Below, one piece after another: positions 37,861 through 51,925 of a stretch of 64,000 nt of DNA. The notes beneath the pieces are model-generated. The model worked only from the letters and a program-made list of their open reading frames with translations, was not told the origin of the DNA and ran no database searches. This stretch comes from Lama glama (Eukaryota), in NCBI GenBank assembly GCA_028534125.1, contig CM052816.1, positions 46,192,001-46,256,000 of the forward strand. Reading direction: 5' to 3'. A program made the translations under genes and the position numbers. Numbering within the stretch: the first letter of the stretch is position 1; each line of letters opens with the position of its first letter.

Positions 37861-39189
37861 GGAGAATCTCAAACTGAAACTGGCAAAGTTGTGTTCTGCT
37901 GTTTTATACTGTGATGCTGTTTGTGAGGCTTCTCACTTTGTTCACATGTTGCCTTGAAATAAAGATGGCTCTTTCATTTGGGCATGTGTCCTGAAATTCT
38001 TTGTGAAATCAAAATTGAAAATGGTGGCTAGGAATAGTGCCTGAGATCTCTTATGTCTGTTTTGTCATGAAAATTTTTCTTTTGTCAAGGCTTGCCCAAT
38101 ATGAATAGGGGAAAGAATATATTTCTGCTCTATTGCCCTCGGCATCTCTTTGTACTATTCTGATATATTTTTCTAGATTTTACTTCCATTCCAAAGCCCC
38201 CAGGAGCCCACAGTTTAGTTCCCCTGTGAATATAGGGTTTTCAGAAAAGTGCTTATCTATAGATTTTACTCATTTTCATCTATTACAAGTTTTCTAGACT
38301 AGAGTTCTGAGTGCTATGGACTGTAATGGGGATATCAATATATTACATATCCTATATAACATACAAGCAAATGACCATCCTATCAAGGGATTTTGTTCAG
38401 AGGATTTTCTATAGAAATAATATTACAAATGGTTGCTATGTTTCTAAGCTCACAGAAAACAGACAAAAACAAATCTTGAACTTGTATGTTACATTCAGTA
38501 CCCTCCTGATTGCCCCATCTCCTGATCAGAAATGTGTCTCCTCGAACAGTTGATCTCAGCCTTATTAATAAAAAACACAACCCGAGAGTACTAATTCATA
38601 GTAATTCATGGAAGTGTGAATGACTGTTAATCCCTTAAATTCCCATAGGTTTAGAGTGGTTAGAATAATTGTTACTCAAATAAATTATCAATTTGTAGCA
38701 GCTTAACACAACATAATAAACCAAAGTAAAAAACATTCGGGTAATATGTTAAGGATTTATTTTTCAGCCAACACACCAGCAGATAATACCAGTCAGGGCT
38801 TTTGCCTCTGGATCTTTTTGTCTGTAATGCTCATGAACTGGGTACCATTTTTATTTTTAACTTTTTGCACCAGAGAATCTCTAAAAAGTCCCATTTGTCT
38901 TCATTGTAGTTCCCATTTCAGCAGCTGCAAGGCACTGGTGTGTGGGAAAAGTGTGGCAGGAAAGAAGGTATTGTGTACATTGATCTGGGGTAAATCAGAA
39001 ACCCTGGGTATTTGCATTCAACTAGGGACTTTCTGGGGATAGCGCCTTAACTGGTCCTGTGAAACGTTCAGGCTCAGTGGAAAGTGGTTGAAATCCCTCA
39101 AATCACACCATTTGGGTAGCCTTTTCTACCCTTTATTTGTAACTCAAATATTCATTTTGCTAATTTCTAAGTTAAACAGGTGAAGCTTA

Positions 39190-39380
39190 TAAATCACAAG
39201 CCAGGTTTTCATAGCCACAGTCCTAGCACTCACTAACCCTGTGTTCTTAGGGTTAAGAACCTCAACTCTTGGCCCTCAGTTCTCTCATAAGTCAGATGGC
39301 ATTGTAATCTTAGCTGTGCCCTAAAAGGGTGCTAATGGAGACACAACACACTATGTCTCTAACATTCTTAGACAAAGTTA
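39190..39380 (+). mobile_element. MIR
   Basis: actcactaaccctgtgttctt..ccctcagttctctcat. Confidence 0.6.
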
Positions 39381-40789
39381 GGGACATTATGCAAATTTAA
39401 TATATTTTAATGACCAAATACTATAAGAAGGAACAAAATGCAGCCTTAAAATATTTTCTTTAGCTCTATATTAGGATAATTTCTTGTAGAAATCAAGTTC
39501 AAGTTTTAAAGAAGTCTAGATGGCACTGTTTGTTAAACTGAAGTTAACAAGCAGTTTCAGGTTTTATAAAGTAATTGTTGAGATACCTTTATACAACTGC
39601 TTGCTTTCTGCCTTTTAGAATGCCAGAGAGTTCAAATATACTTCTCAGGATCCTTCAACACCCAAGACAAAACTTTTTTTCTCCCTTTTATCATCTGTCT
39701 TTTTCTTTTATACTTGGGGTACCAGTCTTATTCTAGGTAAAGATGCAAAGATATTTGAACATATGTGATAAACTAAAATTAAACTAAGCTAAAATTAAAC
39801 TAAAACTGAACTAAAATTAAAATAGGGTTTTAATTTTATATCATACAAAGCACTTATTAGAGTGTATGGTTTTATTTTGGAACCCAAGAAACAGCCTTCG
39901 GTAACTTCAAGATGTAATTGAGGAAATATTTCAGAGGATTGGGTCCTGTGTTAAACAGATTGGAATAGAGACAAGAAAGAGTGAAGCTTTCCATATTATT
40001 GTCACTCAGGTCTATTTATACCCACAGTCCATGAAGCATTAGGAATTATAAGCCACAATGCAGTCTACCCAGCCAGATAGATATATCTACTTCACCCAAA
40101 AAGATGGTGTAGTGCAAGACAAAACACTGTATGTATAGACTGCAAATACACAGACTTGAGTTTATAGCATGTGTCATATTACATGCTTAATTGATAGTTC
40201 CATTTGATAAAAATCTGAATTAGTTACAACTGTCAATACTAAAGATCCAAAATATTTCACAGTGGAAAATATTCTTTCTAAAATATAAAACATCATGTTT
40301 CCACCAATTAGAAACAGATTTTAAGTATATCTTAATAATATATGTTTAATATATTATATATACTGATATATACATATGGAAATACACATAAGCATATCCA
40401 TATTGAATTAGCAATCTCAAACCTTCTCAGTATTATTCTTTCACAAGATCAGTTTTTTTCATGATCCTAATTTATGTTAATATTGTATTTTTAAATTATT
40501 CTTATCCTCTTTATCTTTGAAAAGCTCTGGTAACTCTGTGAAATATCCAGACATGTAATATGCACTGACTTATTGGACATTAAAATGATTTGAGTGCCAA
40601 AACCAGATACTTGGGAATTTAGCAGAGCTAAGTCCACCTTTGAATCAGTGCATTATTCACAGCTTCAGCAGAAAGCAAACTGTACAAGGTGGGCTCCATT
40701 AAGTCCCTTTGCTAAATAATTTGGCCCAGAGAGTCAGAAGAATCCAGTGACCTCCAAAATGGTAATAATGAAGGTGAAAGAGTGAGTCA

Positions 40790-41090
40790 GAAATCTGGAT
40801 GTCACCTTGACTTCTGACTCTCCCTCACCCCTATTTCTAATCAATAACACAAGTCTATCTCTTAAACTTCTTTTATATTCATGAGTTTCCCTTCACACAC
40901 TCCTTCCAGTAACCATTATTTCTCCCCTGAATCACTTAAACTTTCCTAAGTGGTTTCTCGTAGTCTAGCTCCCCTGAGATTAATTTTCCATATTGTAGTA
41001 AACATAATCTAAAAATTCATATAACATCAAATCCCTCTCCTACTGAGAAGTCTTTTATGCTACTTCCCTGAGTCCTAAGGACAAATGGAT
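40790..41090 (+). mobile_element. L2 fragment
   Basis: aaatctggatgtcaccttgacttc..ccctcacccc..aatcaataac..tccctgagtcctaagg. Confidence 0.6.
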
Positions 41091-41329
41091 CATTTTGTTT
41101 TGTTTGTTCATATTCGACCTTGTCTTTCATGTGGTTGGTTTTCTTCAACTTTCTTAAGATTCTTGGATGTGTAGTCACACTGATGAACGATGGGCTATAT
41201 TGAATAGTAAAGGAAGCTGGCACGCATTCTGTTTGCTCTTGTTCAGGACTGTTTCCCCATGAGGCCTCCCTCCTGAGTGAGCAGGCTAACTAAATGTTCT
41301 ATATAAGAAGGGAAGTCAGTGGAATGTTG

Positions 41330-41985
41330 TGACAGCCAGTATCTTTGAAGTACCCCTGGAAAAAAAGCGGGTTACAGAACAGGAGCCTCCTTCAGGCCTA
41401 GTACGTCACACTACTGAAAGGAAGTGCTCTTCTGTCTGTCATCTTCAACCTGTATTTTCTGTATGTGTGACCTGGAGTTACAATGAGGTCTGTTCAACTT
41501 CTCTCTTAGATCCCAGCATCTTCACAAGATAATTTCCTTAGGGACGTCATCCATGCATTCTCCTGATTTTGACAATAGCTCTTGGGCTTTGACTGCAGAG
41601 CAAAGCCATCGCTGCCAAACCAATAGCTCTCTTTATATCTATGTTGTGGGGAGAACTCAACTTTCCTAGCTGTTTGGAAAGTAGATTCCTAAAAATGACC
41701 CAAGCTTGCCCCCGGCTTGTCCCTATTTGTCGATTCCTTTGAAGATATCTGGTGACTTTTGTTAAATTTCATCTTTCATTTCCCTACCAATCATATTTCC
41801 TTTGTTTTCTGTCCTCCCAGAATTTTTATAAAATTTTGATTGACTGATGGTATACTTTCTTGTTTTCTAGGGTGTCATGGTGTCAGTCATTTTAATTTAT
41901 CATTTCTGTTAATTCAAGAAGACTTCGAGAAAAAGAAAATTTAGACAGATTTGAGTTCAGTAGCTCATTTTGAGCTAGAAGTAAA
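41330..41985 (-). mobile_element. Ancient L1M 5' region fragment
   Basis: Ends in ..cattttgagctagaagt, resembling reversed 5' ends of old L1M elements. Confidence 0.4.
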
Positions 41986-42060
41986 GTTTATCTTTAATCT
42001 TTTGGGAAAATAGAACGAAATAATAATTTAATAATTAAATTATAAAGGACAGTTTTAAAT

Positions 42061-42416
42061 TTTTTTTATTTTTATACAATTTTAAAGGTTCCTTTCCATT
42101 TGCAGTTATTAAAAATATTGGGTACATTCCCTGTGTTGTACAATACCTCCTTGAGCCTGTCTTACACCTCCACAGCTACACTGCCCCTATCCCCCTTCCC
42201 CACTGGTAACCACAAGTTTGCTCTCTGCACCTGAGAGTCTGGTTCTTTTTTTGATTATATTCACTAGTTTGTTGTATTTTTTAGATTCCACATGTAAGTG
42301 GTATCATATAGTATTTGTCTTTCTCTGTCTGACTTATTTCACTTAGCATAATGCCCTCCAATGCTATGTTGCAGTAAATGGCAAGATTTGTTCTTTTCAT
42401 GGCTGAGTAGTATTCC

Positions 42417-42472
<56 letters not shown>

Positions 42473-43614
42473 CATATATGCACACTGTGTCTTCTTAATC
42501 TATTCTTCTGTTGATGGACATTTATGTTGCTTCCATATCTTGCCAATTGTAAATAATTCCTCTGTGAACATTGGTGTGCATGTATCTTTTCAAATTAGTA
42601 TTTTGTTTTTCTCAGATATATACCTAGGAGTGGAATTTCTGGGTCATGTGGTAATTTAACTTCTATGTTTTTGAGAAACTTCAATACTGTTTTCCACAGT
42701 GGCTGCACCAATTTACATTCCTGCCAACAGTGTACAAGGATTGCCTTTTCTCAACATCCTTGCCAACATTTGTTATTTGTATTCTTTTTGATGACAGTCA
42801 TTCTGACAGGTGTGAGGTAATATCTTTTTGTGATTTTGACTTGCATTTCCCTGATTAGCAATGATTAGCTATGCTGAGCATCTTTTCAAGTGCTTGTTGG
42901 CCATCTGAATGTCTTCTTTGGAGAAACGTCTATTTAGGTCTTCTGCCCATTTTTTAATTTATTTATTTATTTTGATACTGAGTTGTATAAGCTATTTGTA
43001 TATTTTGGACACTAACCCCTTGTCAGTTGCATCATTTGCAAATATTTTTTCTCATTCCGTGGATTGTCTTTTTGTTTTGTTGATGGTTTCCTGTGCTGTG
43101 CAAAAAAGGCTTTTACATTTAATTAGGCCCTATTTGTTTATTTTTGCTTTTATTTCCACTACTCTAGGAGACAGGTCAAAAAAAATATTGCTGTGATTTA
43201 TGTCAAAGAATCTTCTGCCTATGTTTCTCTTGTGGAGTTTTATAGTATCTGGTCTTACATTTAGGTCTTTAATCCACTCTAATTTTTTTTTTTTTTGGTA
43301 TATGTGTGTTAGAGACTGTTCTAATTCCATTCTTTTACTTGTATTGGTCCAATTTTCCCAGCATCACTTACTGAAAAGACTGTCTTTTCTCCATTGTATA
43401 TTCTTTCCTCCTTTGTTGTAGATTAATTGACTGTAAGTGGGTGGGTTTATTTCTGGGCTCTGTATCCTATTCCATTGATCTATATGTCTGTTTTTGTGTA
43501 GGTACCATACTCTTTATATTACTGTAGCTTGGTAGTATAGTCTGAATGCAGTGAACATGATTCCTCCAGCTCTGTTCTTTCTCAAAACTGTTTTGGCTAT
43601 TTGGGACCTTTTGT
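42061..43614 (-). mobile_element. 5'-truncated L1 (ORF2 3' part plus 3'UTR) with internal (TG)n at 42419-42468
   Basis: ORF2 peptides (WIKDLNVRPDTIKL..KAKINK); flanking repeat GACAGTTTTAAAT 42048-42060 / GACAGGTTTATAT 43615-43627. Confidence 0.95.
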
Positions 43615-43670
43615 GACAGGTTTATATCTAGAAGTCACTATTTTAAACACCTTTAAAAATTTCACAACAT

Positions 43671-43736
43671 AAGTACCCACCAGTATACTCCAACTTCTTT
43701 ATCCATTCAGCTATCAGTGGGCAGTTAGGTTGTGAA

Positions 43737-43773
<37 letters not shown>

Positions 43774-44332
43774 GAATATCATTCAGCCATTAAAAAGAAG
43801 GAAATCTTGCCATTTGCAATAACATGAATGGGTCTTGAGAGTATTATGTTAAGTGAAGTAAGACAGAGAAAGACAAATATTGTATGATCTCATATAGTAC
43901 ATGGAATCTAAAAAAAAATTAAAATACCCCTCCCCCCAAAACAAATTCATAGAGAAAGAGATCAGGTTTGTGGTTACCAGAGGTGGTGGGTAGGAAGAGG
44001 TAGAATTGGATGAAGGTGGTCAAAAGGTATAAACTTTCAATTTTAAGATAAATAAGTACTAGGGGTATAATGTATAACATAATGGCTATAATTAACACTG
44101 CTGTATGGCATACCTGCAAAGTGTTAAGAAAGCAAATACGAAGAGTTCTCATCACAAGAAAAAAAGCATTTTTTTCCTTTTCTTTCTTGTTTCGTAGCTA
44201 TATGAGATGACAGGTGTTAACGAAACTTACGGTATAACCATTACTTAGTATATATGTCATATCATTATGCTGTACACCTTAAATTTATACAGTGCTGTAT
44301 GTCAATTATAACTCAATAAAACTGGAAAAAAA
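43671..44332 (+). mobile_element. L1MA-type 3' end with short inverted 5' segment
   Basis: 43671-43733 is minus-strand L1 (cttctttatccattca..taggttgt); then (TG)n and plus-strand L1 ending tcaataaaactggaaaaaa. Confidence 0.85.
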
Positions 44333-45369
44333 CAATTTCAGAAATATTTTTATTGATTTACAAACATTTTTATTCATTCTTATTTAAGAAGCTCCTGTGA
44401 GAATCAATTTATAAAAAAAATTTATCTAACCATATTAAAATTAATAAAAATTCCCTTTATAAAGATTCTATTTTCCAATTCATACATTGTTTTAAGGAAT
44501 TTCAGTTAATTACAAAATATCAGTAATGTGGAAATCAGTCAAACTGATGAATAGTGAATATATGATTCCAATGCTAAAATGTAATATAATGGAGGATATT
44601 TAGGTCATTTTCAGTTATTTAAACTAAACCTTATTTATTATGCCAATCCTCAGCCAGTCTTCTTGGTGAGTCTATCACAGCATACTTTTCAGTTATCATA
44701 TTTTAAAAAGTCTATTGAAGTTATAGTAATTAGTAGGGATTAACTAAATTATATAGCTCTTTGAACTCTCCTAACAACTAGAAGTTTATTAATAAATGAT
44801 ACAATGAAGATTTTAAAACATCATAATATACCCATAGGGACTGCTTATTTTAAGGGATCCATGATGATTTAAAACAATAAGAACCAAAAATATCAAATAT
44901 ATTGGGTCTTTCTTCTCAAAATGACTACAGATATTATTGTTGGTTAGCAAACACTTCATCCTTACTGAAATCTAGCCTTAGAAATTAGTCTACAGTTGTA
45001 TATACGTTTCATACAGAAATTCCATTAAATCTGTCTGAGGAGCTAACCCAAGGGGCCAGCAACAAATGGTTCTCTGGTAGGAAATGACTTTTAACTAAAG
45101 GTTAAATAAAATTGTACTGATGTCATTTTAAACTGATCATTCAAGACAGTGATTCCTTTGGAATGGTCTTTAGTTCAATTTGCTGTCTACTCCTTTCTTC
45201 TTTTTTAATTTAATCTTCAGTACTCCTTTATTTCCCTGATGGACGTATGTTCCTCTCTGTCTACTTCTGCTTCTCCCACTCTCTCCAAAATTATGTCCCC
45301 TTTGTCCAGGATCTGCCATTGGTTGTCTTGCCCTTCACAGGGATCTGTGTCTATGGGAAACCACCTTAT

Positions 45370-46800
45370 TCTTTTATCCCTCTCTCCCATGATTCTGTTT
45401 TTTCCATCACCATTCAGTATTGTGGACAAATACAGACTTGGTTAAATGTTTCATTCATGGATCTTAGCTTTGTAGTTTTCCCTAATGTTAACATCTTATA
45501 CCACCACATGGCATATTTGTGACAACTAAGAAGCTAACACTAATACATTACTATTAACTAACCTCAAGACTTCTTTTGAATTTCACCAGTTTTTATACTA
45601 ATGTTCTTTTTTCTCTTCCGTGATTGATTCCAGGATATCACTTTTATGTGGTCATTATGTCTCCTTCCTTAGTTTTTTCTGAAGATATGTGGCATTTTTT
45701 TTCCATCTATGTTTTTGAGGAATACTGGCTAGGTGTTTTGTAGTATATCCTAACATGTAAGATTATCTAGTATTTTTCTCATGTTTATTCTGGGGTTATG
45801 GATTTTAGAGAAGCATAACACATAGGTGAATTTCCTTCCTCATCACAAAATATCAGGGTGTTCATGTCATCATGTAACATATCTTGGTGCTGTTAACGCT
45901 GACCATTTGGTTAAGACCATTTGCCTGGTTTCTCCATTGTAAAGTTGTTAGGTTCTCTGTTTCCATACTCTGTTGTTTGGCTACGAGTCACTAAACCCAG
46001 TATACACTGAAGAGGCGTGTGTGGCGGTAGAGGAGGAGGTTGGGGAAATAAGCTCCACATCCTGGTGGGGGCGGGCATCTCTATGTATCTGGAATTCTTT
46101 TGCATGTAGTATTTGTCTCTTCTCCTTCATATATTTATTTTATTGCTTGTTTATGTCTCTATGTATTCATATACATCTGTTTTATATTTTGGATTATAAT
46201 CTAATATCATTGTAGTGACTTGAATAGAGCCCCCAAAGGCTCATGTCCACGAGCTTCTGTGAATGTGACTTTATATGGAAATAGCATCTTTGCAGATGTA
46301 ACCAAGTTAAAATAAAGTCTTCCTGGATTAAGGTGGATCCTAAATTCAGTAACACTGGTCTCTTTACAAGAAGAGGGAAATTTGGAAACAGATTAGCACA
46401 GTCACAGGGGCGAACACCTTGACAGAGGCAGAGATTGGATTGATGTGTCTTACAAACAGAAATGCCAACGATTGCTGACAACCACCAGAGCCAGGAAGTG
46501 ACAAGGAAGGCTCCTCCTCTAAGAGCATTCAAAGAGAGCACTGTTCTGCCAATCCCTTTATGTCAGATTTCCCCCCTCCAGAACTGGTAGAGAATAAATT
46601 TCTATTGTTTTAAGCCACCCCATTTCTGGTAATTCATTATGGCAGCCCTTGGAGGCCAATGCAACCATGCTATTTATTTTGTTGCTCAAACCGTTTCAGG
46701 TTTGGCCACTGGGAGATCTTTCAGGTTGGCTCTTGTACTCCTTTGGTGTCCTCTGTCAGATGCTGGATATTCACTTTTCTTTTCTCTTTTCTGCTAAGCT
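45370..46800 (-). mobile_element. L1MC/MD 3'UTR split by an MLT1 LTR
   Basis: tttttctcatgtttattctggggttatggatttt.. to the left and atttattttgttgctcaaa..ttggccactgggag to the right of the LTR. Confidence 0.75.
46211..46663 (+). mobile_element. MLT1C/D-like MaLR solo LTR nested in L1
   Basis: TGTAGTG..gtgaatgtgact..ctttgcagatgtaa..cctccagaact..aataaatttc..CA; flanks ATCAT 46206-46210 / ACCAT 46664-46668. Confidence 0.9.
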
Positions 46801-47578
46801 TCTCCAGCTTCTTCACCTCTTGTACACGTGTGTGTGTGTGTGTGTGTACATATATGTATGTATGTATATGTGTGTATGTATAGGTATTTTTTTTTCCTCC
46901 AGATATTGCCTTTTAATTTTTAGGTAGCTAAAGAGTGAACGTTCCTCTTAGTCTTTCTGTTGTCCTCTCTACGTATCACCCAGAGACCTCTTAACTGACT
47001 AAATAAACAAACTTCCCACTCACAGAGGAATGAGAGGGGACTGGTAAAAAGATCCTATTAGTAGTGTATCATTCAGTGTCTTTATTCCACATCTGACATG
47101 TAATAAATAAGTATTGTATTTAACTGGTTATCTTTCTGATTACTAAATATTTAAGTAATGTTTACTGACAGCCTTATCATTCCTTCCTAAAATAGCATAA
47201 ATATATAGTAACTAGGGCAAAATTTGGAGATTAACAGATTTAAAAATTATTATATATCCTGAAAACAAAAAACAAAAAAAATTTAATAAAATTGCTATGG
47301 GACACACATAGAATCAGCAAAGAGAAATCAAACAAAAAGTAAAATTTTCTCTTTCTACAGGACTGTAATCTCATACAAGAATTCCAATCAATGATTTATT
47401 ATGAAATTTTATTAGCACAATTATCTTGTAGCAAAACAGATAGGTGAAATATTTATTTATTTTTTGTACTGCTGTCCAATTAACAACACAATAGATAGAT
47501 TTCTCTCAGTCTGTAGAAAATTAGCAAATTAAGTACCAGGGGAATAATCCACAAATTAGATAATTACATAACTTGACT

Positions 47579-47650
47579 AAAAACTCCCCTCTATCCTGAG
47601 ATTCTTCTTTATAGAAAAACACCCCTCTATCCTGAGATTCTTCTTTATAG
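47579..47650. repeat. 36-bp tandem duplication (35/36 identical)
   Basis: AAAAAC(T/A)CCCCTCTATCCTGAGATTCTTCTTTATAG occurs twice, head to tail. Confidence 0.95.
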
Positions 47651-48769
47651 AGGTAAATAATTCTCCAAATTTCATCTTCCCAATGCTCAAACTAAATATT
47701 ATGATAGTTTTTCATATTGCATCTACATGTCAACACTATTTTATGACTTCTAAGAAGATGAGCATAGCACTGATAAAGGGAAAAAGAAATGATAAGAGGA
47801 AAAGATATCTGATGGGAACCAAACTGCAAATTAGAGCAAAGTTTTCATTTTTGATGATTTAATGTATGCCCTGTTTTCAGCAATTATTCCTAATTTAGTT
47901 TTTTTTTCCCTCAAATGGGCTCACTATAGAGCTTTATTCTAACCCACTCTAAGGTGGTATGTCTTATGCCATAACTATACTGTCCACAGGCTCAAAGAGT
48001 TCTGTTACTCTTTAATTTCTTATATATGAATGGTTAAACTTGAAAGTGAAAGTCAAATGTTCAATAGATGCCCATGAAGCCTTATTAAATTCTTCAGAAT
48101 CTTTAATTTCTTGCAAGTCTAAATTGGTGACCCACCCTGAATTTCAAAGTAATGTAATTACTATATGGTGTAATATTAGTCTCAGATCTGTATAATAAAA
48201 TTATTAATGATAAAATAATACCTGTAAAGAATGTTTCCATAGATCATTGCATAAAAATATCTAAAGTATGACATTCATTTAACCTGGAAGCACAGGGAAT
48301 TTTCCTAAAATATTATATGAATTCAAAATGTTGGTAGCATGTATTTTATCCCCCAGTCTACCCACTGGCAACCTTGCATATAGAAAAACTTTGCATATAG
48401 AGAAAGAAGGATGAAATTGTGTTTGAAGACAGCTTAATATCAGCAAATGAAGAAACAGGCACTAGAGAAGTTGCCAGAATGCAGGAAAAGAAATTGCCTT
48501 ATGTATGGTATATAAATGTCTGAAAAGTTTAGGTTGTGCTCCAGTAATATAAGTAAAGATATACACAAATAATTATTAAAAAAACAAATATTACTTAAAA
48601 TTGTGATTCATTCTTTTATTGCTGATTACCTGATGTCATATAAAACCTTAACCCGTAAGATACCAGATATTTAAATTACCCCAAGACAAAGCGGAGCATA
48701 CACAGCATCTTCCTAAAATGATAAGGGGTAGGGAAGAATCATAAGGTATAGCATAGCATATTTGAGGTC

Positions 48770-49169
48770 TGTAGTATAGTTTATTATTGTTCCCAATTAT
48801 CTACTCTCTCCTCTCTAGGAGTATAATTCACCCCCACTCTTACCCCGCCTTGCTGTAGACAGATACTATCCCACCCCTTGTCAGTCTTAGCCATGAAACC
48901 TGCTCTTGCCCACAGATGTGACGTATACCCTCTGGCAGAAAAGCTTTAACTGTGCTTGCATGGTTTGGTTGGGCTTCTTGCTTCTATCCTATGCCAGAAG
49001 AACAGCATATCCCAGGTGGAGGCTGCTCCTTCAGTCTGGATTCTAGAATGAAAAGACATGTGGAGTAAAGCAGAGCTAACCTATAAACCCAAAAGCAAGT
49101 TTTAATTTCTGTCCTAAGTTACTAAGGTTTCAGAATTGCTTGTGAAGGCAATACATGTTAACTAATACA
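48770..49169 (+). mobile_element. Old MaLR LTR (MLT1G/H/I-like)
   Basis: TGTAGT..cttagccatgaaacctgct..ggctgctccttcagtctgg..ctaataCA. Confidence 0.7.
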
Positions 49170-51764
49170 AATGCAAGAGATAATTTTACACTTATGTTGA
49201 TCTTTTAATCATTTAGGACCCTCCGTCAATGTACTATCCCTCTAAGAAAATATAAATTAATGAATATAGATGCTCGCAGGTTTAATACCTTCTGATTCGC
49301 ACCCATGGATTTATCTTTTAGATGCCTTTGCCCTGGGTTGCCTTGCCTGGTGAACCATTTAAGACTTTATACTGCCATTAGATTATCCTCCCTCAAAAGT
49401 GGGGCTTTTATGCTGAACAGCTTGGTTTGGGACTTTCTATTTGAATTTGTCTTTATTTATAGACTATTCTGGAAGAGTAATACCACAACTGACATTTAAG
49501 TGTGTTAAACCTCGGCTCCTGCCAGGCATAAAACCAGAATTCTATCTGGACTTGTGCTTTTCTCTTATTAAAAGTAGAGATGGTCACTCAGCTATTTATA
49601 GAAGAGACCATCTACCTCATTGAAGTTTGAGGCAGATTCCAAAGGCAGTACCTATTAAATTGAAGAGCTCTGGCATGCAGAAGGCAGTTAGTAAGGGCTT
49701 CTAAGGAAGGGGATGACATAATGACATTTGTTTTTTAAATGGGTAACTCTAGAGACAAAGTAGTGTAAAAAAAATGGTGTAGAAAGAAAATAATGGCAGA
49801 AAAATACTTCTTACAAATTGTAAAGTTCAGGCAAGCAGGAGGTTCTGAAAGCGTGGTGTAAGAATATAGTAGTGAAGGTAGAAAGGCAACCACAACTTTG
49901 GGAGATGTACAGTGTAATCTTAACAAATAAAATAAACTCAATGCGTCAGGGCAGTATTTTTGCTTTAATTAAATATATTGCATGTTTGACAATGTAACAA
50001 ATGAGAAAGTGACTCAAGAGATCTTCTGTAGAGGAGATGGTGTTACTCATCAACCACTTGGTAGTGTGTGTGAAACAGAGTGAGAAAAGAAAGAGAAAAT
50101 AACTCCAATCATTTAGAAAGACAAAACGAGAAGGAGAGAAAAGGTGACTGAAAAGTGACTAAAACTGCTGAACAACACACATCATGTGACTGGATGCAGT
50201 CCTCAATGAGACTATTGTTTTAAAAATTGGAAATGACTGAAGTTTCCTTTACTCATAAAGGAAATTTACCCAATTTGACTTATTCATGATTGACCATGTG
50301 AAATAAATTTCAGTGTGGCATTTTGACAAAATAAAATTATTATTACCAACATTTTATGACTGACTGGTTAAACATTAATAAGTCAGTCCAACAACTCAGC
50401 CAGCAGAGGTTAGCAGCATTTGGAAAGCGAGTTTTTATTTCTCTTTTGAGGCCCACAGGTCTGGAAACAACTGGTGTTAAAGTCTTTTACATTAGAGTCA
50501 AATCCTTTGTATTCAACATGTGTAACATGGACACCAGTAAAGATCAAGATCTTAAGGATGAGACAATAGAGAGTCGAAATGAAGAAGTTTTTAGAGTAAT
50601 AATCACAGTCAGCAAAGTTTAACATTCTGATTCTCTCCTTAAGGGAAATGATGACTCATTCACTATACAGAGCAACTCTGAACACAGTTTTTGCACCTTT
50701 CTTTATTTTAACCCATTTTTCCCTAAGTGAGGAAAAAACCCAAAATGTAGAGTTAAAACTCCTTTCCTATGAAAAGAAAATAAAAGAGAAAGAATGAAGG
50801 GGGGGGCGAAGGGAGAGAAAGAAAAGAACAGAACTGATATCATTAAATTGTGAAGATACTAGTCCCAGTGTTAAATGATCTTATTCTGAAGGTGGCCTTT
50901 GGATCACTTATTAGTTGAAATTTCCTTCCCTTCTTTTTCAAAATCAAAATGAAAATCTCAAGTTAACTTGGTAGGGAGTATTTTACACAAAATAAGGATG
51001 ATATTCAGAACTGTATTCTAGACACTGTTGCCAATTAATTCTTTGTTGATAATTTTGGTGCATGCCCTGAAGAAAAGCAGTAAAATTTACCACAGAAAGA
51101 ACTGCCTTGACTGGATGAAACCCCTGCCGTTCCTGGGGCTTCTCACAAGCAGACTGCCTCGGTGCAGGACAAAGTCATTTTCAGATATGACTGACTAGAA
51201 AGGGTCACTTTTACCAAACTAGGGTGAGAATTACAAAAAGCAGTATTGTACTATTAGATACTATATTGTTGTGTGAAGGAAAAATGATTATAATAAATGT
51301 GTATTAAGTAATGAATACATTTTTATAAATAGAGTAGTAGATACAAATATAACCAAATCTCCCTTTTTATTTCTAATATATCAATGAAATCTTCCTAAAG
51401 AGAAAAAAATTCTCAACTGTTGTCCAAAGGAAAGAGAAAAACAAATTCCCAAGTCTTGTAAGACTTTCTATATTCTCTCGCCTGCTGGGCTAGGACCCAG
51501 GAATGCTGTTTTCTTTCAGTCAGGTCCATAGGCAGCGCTAGTGGAGAGGCACACTGCCAGAAGTTAGGGTGTGCGAACAAGGGAGAATGAACTTTAACTA
51601 CTGCGGCTATCACTTGGGTTCACAAAACTGGCTCAGTAGGATGAATCTACTGTGTGCAGCATGGGAATCACAACGTTGCAGATGACCTCACCAACCCAGC
51701 TTCTAGTATGGCCGAGAACGTGAGGGCTAGAAGATGAAAAGAGTAGGTGCAAAAATTGGTCTGG

Positions 51765-51925
51765 GTCCTGAGAGGGCAAGGAATCTTTTGGAGATGATGG
51801 ATTTGCTTACTACCTTGATTGTGCTGATAGTATCATGGGTGTATGCACATGTCCAAACTCATCAAATTGCATCCATTAAACATTTGCAGTTTTTTGTATA
51901 TCAATTATACCTCCATAGAGCTATA
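51765..51925 (+). mobile_element. L1MB/MC 3' terminus
   Basis: ggagatgatgga..cttgattgtg..aaactcatcaaattg..tcaattatacctc. Confidence 0.85.
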
